DNA from: Takakia lepidozioides | Taxonomy: Eukaryota; Plantae; Bryophyta | Assembly (NCBI GenBank): GCA_030704615.1 | Contig: CM060732.1 | Location: forward strand, 53,134,001-53,198,000 | Length of the DNA: 64,000 nucleotides | Reading direction: 5' to 3' | In this document: piece by piece, positions 52,507-64,000 of the stretch | Position numbering within the stretch: the first letter of the stretch is position 1 | How the letters are laid out: each line of letters opens with the position of its first letter | Notes under the pieces: generated by a model | Databases searched by the model: none | Told to the model about the DNA's origin: nothing | Seen by the model: only the letters and a program-made list of their open reading frames with translations | Position numbers and translations under genes: made by a program

Positions 52507-55500
52507 TCATAACAAACTGCCACTCAAAACATTAGCATAATAATGTTTGCTCCATGAGGGCTTGGAAATTGACGGACTCTCCTCTTTGATAAGATACTGG
52601 AGAAGCCTAGGAGTAGATGTTGTCTTGGGCTCCAACAATGTGCGCACACTCACATGACCATCCAGTTGAAGCATCTCAAGCAGCTGTCGAGCAGTCTGTC
52701 CACAAGACACACAAGAGATTGGTCACTTACACAAGGTGAGCTTGTGACTACCTTATTATACGGTAAGTGATAAGTCGGAATTACGACAATGCTACCACCA
52801 CGACAAAAGCATTGTCAAAAGGGATTCCCACACCGCATGACAATTTATATCAGAGCCCAGAGGTTCACACAGCCCCCTGTGAAGATTCAGAATGAAGAAA
52901 CTGGCATACCTGAGGGTTCAGGACATCCAATTGCTCCACTAACTGCTCCTGTTTGACACACATCAAGCAGGGAAGTCAATATATGCCAATACATTCATTG
53001 AACACAACCAGGAGAGACCTGCTTGGTCTTCTCAGATGTTCCAAAGATATTATGATCCTCATGATGTCGTTCATTGAGGCAACTAATACATGAGATAGAC
53101 ATATGCAATACTCAAAATAAGAAAGTCATGCCTACATCCTTTGTCAAACAGAACTCACTGATGTAATTTATGGAGGTACCTCTGTGACTCCAGGATTCAA
53201 CATGACAATTCCCATCACCCTCCGTGACAGGGCCGTGAGCATCACTGTGTTGCTGCCCCCCTCTGCAGTCAGCCATGGAAGCAAGGGTACAGTTTGGGCC
53301 CCATCTCCATCACAGTCCCTGTCCCTCGCAAATGGAAGCAACACTCGCCTATGTCCGCTGGTGTCGTTCAATAAGTGAGGAAGAGTAGGTGTCCCAGTCC
53401 AATGCCTAGACACAATGGCTAGTGTATTCACACTGCTCCCCTGTATGCCTCTCCTTCCACTGAAGTGCGTTGTCTCTGAGATTTCGCAGTCAAATTGCCC
53501 TCCATGAGAACCATCAGAGTAAGCGTCATCTGCAATGTTGTGCCCAACCCAATGAGATAACAGAGAATTTATAGAACGAGGACTAGCCACGGTGCACAAC
53601 AGATAATGTGCTCCTTTCTGCCCTCAAAAATCTACACATTCTCAGATTTAGATGTCCCACCTGGCTTTGTCGATGTGCATCCATCACCATCAGCTAAAGC
53701 CAACCCCCTAACACTCCCTGCCACCTTACTTGTTTCAATGAGGAGACAGCCACGAGAACTGTGAACAGCAGAAACCACTCGTACATGATCATATGCATTC
53801 ACCTGTTACAGAAAAATGCACAGTCAATGACTGGAAATCCTACAGCAGTACCCTCTCTTGGAGAGATTAAGGTCAAGGTAAGCAAGGCCATAGACAGAGG
53901 ATGAGTGAAGTTGCATGCCCTTTATGTGGGCACAAAGGCTTTGGAGTCTCCACATGGAAGGATAAGGCTACAAGGGTGGCTCAGTGTCGAAAACTTGGCG
54001 GTGAAAAGGTAGCTACCTCTTTATGGAGGATCCAACTATTTTACTTGTCTAGTCTCACATCAGTCTTCTTTTGGGCACAATGATCAGGACAAATATTCTC
54101 ATCATTTGTGAACAAACAATATGGTCACATTGGGCCTACTCTAGTCGAAACTGGTGACCTGACACAACATCTAGAATCAGGAGTCGCGATGGCAGTATCC
54201 AACAGGGAGCATGCCCTAAATCTTTACGCCATACCGAACATTTGTAGGGGTGTCACTCTCTAGTGAAAGGGCCTCAAGCCCACCACAGGAACAGTCTGCA
54301 GATTTCTCTCGCATAAAAAATTCCATTTTCTCTCTCACTGCGTCTACACACAGGACCCCCAATGACCGGTGGCATAACAATGTAACATACCTGTTTGGCA
54401 AGGCCAAAAGACTCTAGTGCACAGACATATGCCTCTGCTAGCTCTTCACTCACCTCAGAACCTGCATGTATGAACATCATCACCAGATGTCAAAATACTC
54501 TTAATACCATGTACTGCATAGATCGTTCCCCCACAATAAATTTGCATTTAACTTAAGACTATAAGGAGAGAGAAAAAGGAATCACCAGTTGCGGTCAGGC
54601 AATTAGATAGCTGTGCGATGCTCAGCCCTTCTTCACCACCCTTTTCTATCTCATGCAATGCTGCCTTGAGAAACACAGGCTGGAGCCTGGGCGCTCCATT
54701 GTCTTCCATATTTACAGTCTCCTCAGAGGCCAGGCACCAATGGCGTATACATTCTGCCAACTCTCCTGAGCCACTAACATCCATGAGCTCTGTAGGGCCT
54801 GCTGTGTCAGCATGTGCAGAGAAACTGGATATGTGCAATCCCTCAACAAGTGGCTCTCCCTGATAATTATGTTCCCAAAGAGGACGGGGATCCGAGGTGC
54901 CTTGTTGAACATTGTAATCATTACCTTCACTTTGACCTTGATGAGTTCCATTAAAGAAGCTCGATTCTTCTGTGCTGCTGGGCACCGCAACATCATCACA
55001 AATTTCAGTACAGGTAGATCTTGATTCATAGGTTGGAAGTGCAGGCTCGCCACTGCCCTCTGGACCCTCGGAGATGGCAGCTAGCAACAAACCAGGTAAA
55101 GGCTTCGCAGTGCGATGCAAGCACACCTGAATACCAGGAAACCCACGCTCGCGTCGAAACCCAGGAGAGGCAGCTTCTGCTCGCTGAATCCTGGGCTTCA
55201 CAAAGCGAACCTCCTGGCCTCCTTCCATCTTTCTCTTCACTCCAATCACCACATTCCGATTATCCTCACTCTCTCCCAGCCCATCACTCGGAAGAAAGGG
55301 AGCCATGGAGACCTCACCCTCACTTATTACTCCCAGCAGATGCAGCAGCTGCCCACACAAGTGGTCTGTGGGAAGGGGCACCCAATCCTGCTCCAGAGCA
55401 GAATCATGGAGGGCAAGCCACTGCGCAGTACTCAAGGCCTCGTCGCCAGTCCCAAATGGAAACCGTGACGCTGAAGCATTGTGGAAGAACTTGGGAGACA

Positions 55501-58500
55501 GCACAAATGGCTGGTTGTCCTGACCAACAACCTGGTAGAGAATCATACGGTAAATTGTGCGACGGTTTGATGAGAAAAAGCAGCAGGACCCCAACCAATA
55601 TTTACACACATTGTTTGTATGTAACTAATTAACATACACACACAAAAAGTGATGGGATATATGTCTCTTAGTTCAGAAACTATATATATTACTGTATGAG
55701 ATCAAGAAACTGTATAATATTTGTGGACAATTAGAGAAAAGGGACAGATGCAAAGACTGTGCCCCTCTCTGTGTATGTGGTAGGGTGAGAAGCAACAAAC
55801 AACAGATGGCTACATCTGTCCGCAGGACAGAGGACGAACTGGGGCTTTAAAAAGACTAAAATCCTCGTACCATGAAACTAGGTTTATGGGCTCAAAACAT
55901 CAAAGCCCCTCTACTAACTTGATATTGAAGGAACAGGCCACAAAAGAAACATGAAACCAATACAGAACGGACAGAAAAAGAGACCAACCACAAGCTCCTG
56001 TTCTTGAAGGAAATTGAATGCAGTAAACACGTCAGCTTCCTTGCAGGAGCGCAGAGCGTCCACCACCGGCTGGGGCACTTCTGTGGCTGCTGATGCAGTC
56101 ATCAAGACCAGCTTCACGAGCTCAACCGCATTGGCAACTCCAAGAGACTGCCGCACCAAATCTTCCGAAGTCATATCATGTAGCAATGCAGGTCTTTCTC
56201 TTCTCTTTCGTGGTTTCAGCCGGACAAACCGCGAACAACCATGTGCTGTACCCATCATGCGAGCTACAAATACAGTAAAAATTAAATCAGACTAGATAGG
56301 ATGCTTATTCCAAGCACGATCGCCATAGACTGGCTATGAAACAAATTGAATCTCTCATATTCATTATTCAATGTATAAACTTGTCTCTGGAACATTAAAC
56401 ATCTTCTACAATAATGTAGCTTTGCTTACCACTTGCCAGGGCACCACTCCGAGCTGTCTGGGCTCCATCTGGGGATTCTGCATGCTGAATGCACCCAACA
56501 GCACTTGAAAGAGCCAAAGGATCTATGTTGGTGAAGAGAGAAAGGGAGGCCCCAGATGAGCAGGAAGCCTGTCCTATGAATGTGTCGGGCATCATGCTCA
56601 TAGTAGACGAGGGTAGGGTAAATTCTGTGCTCCCAACACTATCGTTTGCGGCTGTCCCCAACCTACTTTTCCCAGGTAAAACTGGATCAGTCATTTGCTG
56701 GAGTGGCCACTTGGTAGAGATTGGCCGGAGCCCTGTCACCCGCTTGCTGTTGCAAGCTTTTGCCACGCTGCGGAGTCGCATAACCTCATTAACAGCTGCT
56801 GATATTGATGCTTCCTCAAATGAATCCCATGGCAATTCTTGCCCAGACTCCAGACCACTATGCCCACATTGGGTCAACTGTGTGAACCCAGAGCTTGAAT
56901 TGGACTGATCCCTCAAAGAATTAGGAAGGCCCCCCTGGGTTAAGCCAGACACCAAATCTAATCTGCGCTCCCGGTTTTGCTGCGCATCTTTCAGCTGGAC
57001 ATGCTTCATGTAGCGAGCAGCCAGTAGGGAGCAGAGACTCATGAGTGCTTTCCGGACAGAAGGCTCTGACTTGAGCTGGTATATGCGTCGCCGGCATGCA
57101 GCAGGGGTGGCGGGAAGCAAAGGAATCATGGCCCAGTCCACACGATGGTAGCGAGCACCTAGCATGGCCCGCTGTCGAGCATAGCAGCAGATAAGGATCC
57201 TGCATTAACAAGAGAGGTCCTTAGCCCAGCAATTTATGAATGCTGAAGACGTAAATGACATAATGTGCTCTAACTTTTCCTTTGATTTTGAACCTAAGTT
57301 ATCAGCAATACCATCAAAATTAGACTGCGTTATCAACTATAAAGTATTTTTTTTTTTTCCCCACCAAACCCACCATTTGAGCCTCCAATAAACAAGTAGT
57401 TGTCTTCTTATTCTTCTCCCTTCTCAACAAGTTCTGAGCCTCCTGTTGATGCAACCAATTTCCCTCTTCTCCTCTCCCTGCCCACTACTCTCTGCTGAAG
57501 ACAATATCCAGATCTGACACAATGTCCCGGGTATTCTCATCAGAGAGTGACCCTCTTCAGGACCATGAAGGACTTGGTCCCTGCACGACTGTTCAACAAC
57601 TTTCAAATCTCGAGGCTGAGCCTAAAGCCCTGGCCCTGTTGGGGTCAGCAGATTAATGCTTTTGTGAAGGGGATTCTAGAGGAAATCTGAAAAGCCCAAA
57701 CCAATTGTTTACACCAAGGTAGTGTCTGTTCCCTCTCGTTCCGCCCAACCTGAGCGTGGGGTCTACATCTTCTGAGAACATTCTCTCCTGCCCATTCTCT
57801 CTATCTCTCTCTCAATGGCCACAAGGCTACGGCAAACAACGTCTTATGAGTACATTCTCTCTATCTCTCTTACTTCTCCCCCCTAGAGGAAAGGGAGAGT
57901 GCAATTGCCCATTGTGTGGGCAACCTGAAGACAACAATCATTTTCTGATTCCTTGTCCGGGGTTCTCTCGCCAGAGAGATGCTCTCTTCAAATCTATCAA
58001 GGGAATTTGTGCCTGTACCTCTGTATTCCAACTTTGAAAGTCTCGATGCTGAGCCAAAAGCCCAGGCCCTTATGGGGCCTAGTAATTGGGCAAACCACAC
58101 ACAGCAGGTTGATGCTTGTGTAAACGGATTTCTAGAGGACATCTGGAAAACCTGGATCAATCGTTTATTCCAAGGTAAGTCTTACTACCGGTGTCAGCCC
58201 CTGACAAAGGTAGGTTCTGTCCCTTTGTGTTCCGCTCAAGCTGGGCGCGGGCTCAATGGCCACAAGGTTACAGCAAACAAAGTCTTATGAATACATTCTC
58301 GCCATGTTTTCATCCAATCTAGGCATGGGATCTTTGGCCACAAGGCTACGGCAACCAAAGTCTTTTGAGTACATTCTCTCTCCTCTCCCTTAGATTTAGT
58401 CGGAGAGGATGGGTCTCTCCTTTCGAATATGGCTACACGGACCATCCCTGCAGCTCCTATGGAGTGATGATCTCTGAATGTAACAAGCAGATGTCTACTG

Positions 58501-61500
58501 GTTGGGGGCAGCCCCTCCACTTGAGGTAGCCAGTTGCATGATCTGGCTTGCATGCTCGACACTTGGGCTAGGGTATGCCCTTGTGTTTATTTACCTGCTA
58601 TAAACACATCTCATTTTCCAGAAAATGCTGTACTCCGAAGGATAATTCCTGGGAGCTGTTTACTACTGCCAAAACTAGAGCTTCTTGTGTAGTTCATGAG
58701 GTGAATCCCATGTTTGACACTATGGCTGAACGAGATGTGGTGTCGTGGAGTGCGATGCTTGCAGGGTATGCACGGCAGGGATGGCAGATGTTGGACCAGT
58801 CCAAGTTAAGACCTACACCGGTGCACCACAGTATACAGGAGGGGCCATGTGCTTGTTGGCAGATCAACATCAGGACTGATCACTTCATACATGTCTAAGG
58901 GTGCTAAATTGACAGGTAGAGTCCCACAGCCAAATCATCTCAGAGAAGTTTGACCCTTGACTGGTTGGAGAGAGTTTCCAGCTCGTTTGAAGCCCTGGAA
59001 GAGGTTGACCTAATGGACTATGGATAACTAACCTAGTGGTACACCAAGCCCAAAGGTCTATGGAAGACGACCATGTCAATCCAACCTGCCTTTGCCTGCA
59101 CTGACCAATCAAGCTGTGAATGAAGGATATCACATGCTCAATGGCATGCCAATCCTCGAAGTTACACAAGGTGATCAAAGCCTGCACGCAAAGAAGCTGA
59201 CCCATTCATGCAGAATTGCAGGATGTCTAGGAGCATTCAAAAGCAACATAGACAACAGACAATTTGTATGCAAGAGGCTGGCTTGCACCTGGGCACCTTT
59301 AACCTCTGTGGGCTGACTACACAAAGGAAACAATTTGAAGTGTTACAAATTCTTCAAGCAAATGACATGCACATTTGTCCTGGGCAAGAGACAGGTCCAG
59401 GATGGTCCAGGATGCCATTGGCTATAAGTGGCCGGTAAGATGTGTGCCCTCAACTAAAGAACTTCAGTATGAACAGTCTTGTGCTGACACTGACACTGAA
59501 AGGAAGCAGGAGGGCTAAGGATTGTTGTGGGATGCGTCTACATGCCTACAGAGGGAGCCCTTAGTGTTGATGCTGATAAAGCCTTTGAGGAACTCAGCTA
59601 AGTTCCTCCCCCAAGGCCGCATGGTCTTGTTTTCGGAGACGTTAATGACCGGGTGGGTCTCCAACAGATTCCAATGGCACTTGTTTATCAATTGCCTGGA
59701 AGCGCTTCAGCTTTGACCTTGAACAATAGGTCATAAGAAGACCCATGAGAGTGGACTTGAAAAAAACCAAACTGGGGAACGGTCAATTGTAGATTATATC
59801 ATAGTGGAGAAGGAGTTGTTTCCTCAGTGTGCCAAAGTATTGGTTGACCAATTCTTGTCTGCACTTGTGAGGTCAATCCTAACACACAGATCTGTGAAAC
59901 GTTCAATTTGAAAGTGGCGAATAGAAAAATTACGGAGAGACGAGCTCAAGATAGAATATCACCCAGGCCTTGACAAAAAGGATGTCCTGCCTTCCATCCA
60001 ATTGCTCGCCTCTTGCGAAGCGAGGTCGAAAGAGCTGTGGACTCTTGGGAGAGTTTCATCACTTCTGTGGCTGACAAGATCATTGGAAGGAAACTAATAA
60101 GAGCAGTGATTTGGTGGACCCACGAGATCAAGCTTAAGATTGTCGAGAGATGGGCACTTTATAGGGACTGCTGTAACATCAAAGATGACAGAGAGCTGTG
60201 GTCTAGATACTACCAGCTAGTACGAGCTCACAAGAAAATGAATTGAAAAGAGCTGTACATTGACATTAACTTGGAGCACCATGGTGTTAATAATAACAGC
60301 TTCTGGTTGCCCTCAGAGCATTTCTACAGGCCGAAAAATGGTCAGCGGGTATATGCATTAAGGAATGACAAGGGTGCAGTGGTAGATTATATAGTTGGTG
60401 ACTTTGATGGTCATGGCCGTCTTGCCCGTGAATCTAACTCTAACAGTGAGGGGTTTCTAAAGAATGCAAGGACACAGTAGAAAGAACTGTTCCCACGATC
60501 CAAGACAGCCTGATGAACTGGAGATATCACAGAGGGATACAACATGCACGGTGGTCCTTCTGAGTTTGCTGCAGCAATAGAACATTTCAAGTACTATAAA
60601 ACCAGTGCGTGTGAGGACATTGTCAACAATCTCGTATAGTAGAGGCCTTGCCCTCCTCTGTAACCTTATTAGGAGACTGAAATGATTCCCATTCGCTGGA
60701 GAGAGCATGTCATTGTCAATCTATACAAGAACGCAGAAGAGCCCGGGAATTACCGTGGCATAGACTTCTAGCGCAGTTGGCAAGCTGTTTTGTGGGACAA
60801 TAAGCACCTTTCTGGTGTCCATCAAGGTGAGGCCGGCTTCCCAAAAATAGGGGCTGCGTCGACCATATCTTGCCGAGGACAAATCATCATTCCTAAGCAA
60901 GCCAAAGACGTTCTGAGGCACTCAAGCCACGGCATTCACACCTTAAGGCATGTTAGGGGATGGCATCCTCAGGGTACACAGCTCTTCTGGCAGTGCATCT
61001 TATCCATACATCCCTTGAATGTTGGGAAGGAATGCTGAACCGGATGACCTTACCAACGGAAGGATACAGTAGGAGGAAATTCATACAATCCAAGACAGAC
61101 CTGATGAGCTGGACTATATCACAAAGGGATACAATGTGCCCATGAGTTCTTCCGAAGCAATATAACATCTAAAGGGCAATAAAGCCGGTGGGTGTCATGG
61201 CATTGTCCACAACCTAATCAAGCATGGTGTATGGTAGAGGCCCTTCCCTCCTCTTTAACCTTATTAGGAAGACTGAAATGATTCCCATTCGCTGGAGAGA
61301 GCATGTCATTGTCAATCTATAAAAGAAGAGCCTGGGAACTACCAGGGCATAACTTCTTAGCGCAGTTGGCAAGCTGTTTTGTAGGACAATAAGCACCCGT
61401 CTCGAGGTTGACTTCGAGTCTAGAAGTGTTGTCCAGGGTGAGGCAGGCTTCCGAGAAATAGGTGCTGCGTTGACCATATCTTTACCCTAAGCCAGACTAT

Positions 61501-63368
61501 TGAGGAAGGTGTGCTGCCCTTGAGCAGTCCACGTGGTGAGTTCAAGGTCAGATGGTGGGGTCAGTTGAATCACATGGCTAATACCAGATACCCTAACTCT
61601 ATTTCTTGGAAGCAAGACCATCCTGTTAAAAGGGCTAAGTCCTGGCAGAAAAGGGTAAAGGCGTACCGGAATATTAGGCAGGAAGAACTGACCCTGCTAG
61701 ATGAAGCTCACCTGGAGATTGAAGTGTCTATGGCCAGGTCAGAAGCATGAAGAATTTCAGAACAAAATGAACTTAGGCATAAAACTTCCATGAACTTGTT
61801 TCCAGTTAGTGACATGGGTGAGGATCCTAAGAATGACCTGAAGGGCCTATCTAACCTTGGCACTTGACTGAAATTTAAACTCGGGGAGTCTACCTTTGAA
61901 CAGACACGGAGAGGAATGGGACATTGTCAATCCCCAGTGGTCGGGCGGCCTGAAGACAATATCCACTTTCTGATACAATGTGTGGGATATTCTCATAGAA
62001 ACGGGTCTAATTGCTGGGCAGGTTACACAGAGCAGATTGATGCTTGTGTGAAGGGGTTTCTAGAGGAAGTCTGGAAAGCCCGAACTAATTGTTTATTTGA
62101 TGGTATAGTCGCACGACTGGAGTGGGCATCTCACAAAGGTTGTGTTTGTTCCTTCGTGTTCCGCCTAAACTGAGCACGGGGTCTATGGCCAAAAGGCAGA
62201 CAACATCTTATGAGCACATTCCTTCACTTTGGAACTCATGCAGCTAAAATAATTTCTTTCTCATTCTTCCTTTTTTTCTCCAGAAAACATACACACAGAG
62301 GTAGAAGGAGCTCCTACTGTTTGTCCACAGACAGGTCAATGCACTTAGTCTCCGGCCACTGATACTAAGAATACTCATGCTTCCAGTGGAAATAAACAGT
62401 TTCTTCTCTTCTCAGATTAGCATACATACAAAAACACAACTACAGTGTCTCCAAGCTTTTGGATGATGACTTACTTGTCTAACCCCTCTGACCAGGGAAA
62501 CCTTTTTGATCGGGAGGGTTTCAAATTTGTCACAACACTTATATAATTGATGGGATTCTCGTCAGGACCCCTGCCTTCCTCTTCGTCTTCATCACCCTCT
62601 TCCTCCTGAAAACCATGGCTGCGGTCCTCTGCATCTCCAGTGTGAAAAGCGTCATTTTCACCTGGACAAAAGTGGAACGGCACCCTGGTGAAGAATCGAT
62701 ACCCAAAAAGGTTGATCTCAGCAAAAGCTACCATGAACAGTAAATCTTGTGAAGTCAAGACACAGCAAGGACTGTACTACAGTTTTAAGTTGCTCTTTGC
62801 ACAATCAGGTGGATGAAATACATAGGACTCGTATCAAGAGAGAAGATGGAAAGCAAGTGACCATAATAGTTCCTGGCTCATGAAACTACATAGTGAAGGG
62901 CCCTTCTGGCGACTACTGCTGAAATGGGCTGCAGCCAAAGTCTGTAATAGCTTTCTGGAGCCAAAATTGTGAAGACAGGTTGACCATTTTACTACAAGGC
63001 TCATGCAGGACAACTCCGGCAGGCTCAGATAGTCGCCGATCATTGAAACTGAGCACAATCTAGCCCCCTTGTGGATAAAAAGAGGGTGAAGAAAGAAACA
63101 TGGACAGACCTAAGGATGCCATTGTTTCCATGGACGCAGACCCAAGCTGCATTTGGCGCTGCCGTTTGTAGGCCTTCACATGGGGAGGTTCAGAGATTGC
63201 TGCAGATGCTACAGCTCGCTTCTTCGAATTAACGTTGGGATTAGGCTTAATACGGTGCCCTCGACTAACAGTAGTCTCATTATCAGTTGTGCCCACATCT
63301 TCTGTCCTTCCCTTCTGCTGAGCTTGAAGACGTGATCTTCGATTCTTCTCATATGACACCCTCAGTAC
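52507..63368 (-). CDS. TFIIIC B-block-binding subunit (GTF3C1/TFC3-like), 3' exons; 5' part lies beyond the window
   Basis: Phase-consistent exons 63368-63110, 62661-62475, 57199-56430, 56263-55989, 55531-54586, 54461-54391, 53802-53661, 53529-53180, 52948-52910, 52695-52507. Motifs RSKRFPWSEGLDK, YARQRAMLGARYHRVDW..LPATPAACRRR, SLGVANAVELVKLVL, PLLPWL, VMGIVMLNPG, KHYYAN. Confidence 0.88.
57420..58385 (+). mobile_element. Stacked LINE 3'-end fragments in a TFIIIC intron
   Basis: CPLCGQPEDNNHFLIPC zinc finger. Recurrent tail GGCCACAAGGCTACGGCAAACAACGTCTTATGAGTACATTCTCTCT, also at ~62180 and ~63755. Confidence 0.7.
58700..58790 (+). pseudogene. Single PPR motif fragment
   Basis: MFDTMAERDVVSWSAMLAGYARQG inside the intron. 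Confidence 0.6.
59283..62225 (+). mobile_element. Degenerate LINE (APE endonuclease and RT remnants, RTE/RTEX-like)
   Basis: GTFNLCGL, FGDVN, IVDYII, PGNYRGI, LLSAVGKLF, EAGFR. The RT segment appears duplicated (60460-60900 and 61060-61480). Same 3' tail as the 57420-58385 fragments. Confidence 0.7.
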
Positions 63369-64000
63369 CTGCCAAAAAAGTTCCAAGTAAACTGTTGGTG
63401 TGCAACATGGAATCATGCCATGTGAATCAAACCTCACATACACCAGGATTCGTAGATAATGCACTAAGGGGTACGAGATAGATGGAGTGATATCCTGAGT
63501 ATACAACTCAGTAGAACAAACAGGACAGCTTCCCTTACGCCCAGGAGGGAACAAAACGATAAGATCAGAGTGTTTTTGCCTATCATTCTCCTGGCAAGAA
63601 CCTTGTCTTACCCACTCAATCATCAACAGTTCATATAACTATTTTCATAGCCCACCCTCGACAGGGGAAACTACCCACAAGTAGTAGTGGTTCTTATTTA
63701 CGCTGGCTTTGGCCGGAGTCTACTCTCCCTCTCTCTCTCTACTGAGCGCAGGGTCTATGGCCACAAGGCTACGGCAAACAACGTCTTACGAATACATCTC
63801 TCTCTCCCTGTCCTCTAGGAAGCCTATTGCCATTGGGTGGACTTGATACGGGAGTACATTAATGTCTCTGTGACTAAATCTTGTGACCTCGTGTCTTTGT
63901 TTGTTTCGACCTGAAGCGCTTTGCTCCAGGTAAGGTAGTGCATTGGATTTAGTTGGAAAGCTTGGGGCCTTTCCCTCTTTAGAATATGCCTACACGGGCC

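Overview
Eukaryotic, intron-rich plant genomic DNA. PLS-type PPR fragments, a plastid-type YrdC gene and the repeat landscape suggest a non-seed land plant, but this is inference. Two host genes look intact, both on the minus strand: a 9-exon YrdC/Sua5-family gene (11986-17076) and the 3' exons of the TFIIIC B-block-binding subunit gene (52507 to beyond 63368). The rest is mostly transposon-derived: rearranged LTR-like repeats with a P-element-like transposase fragment (3179-10941), a hAT element with a perfect 8-bp TSD (43853-49474), and LINE and SINE remnants. The most notable structure is a 12.9-kb TIR element (25254-38120). It carries an intron-containing IS3EU-like DDE integrase/transposase and, convergently, a spliced HECT-type E3 ubiquitin ligase gene bracketed by ~100-bp hairpin-containing tandem repeats. 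It also holds captured host-gene fragments. Its TIRs contain copies of the palindrome CAATTCAATTGAATTG, and a 1.26-kb non-autonomous relative lies at 1609-2871. All family assignments come from motif recognition, not database searches.
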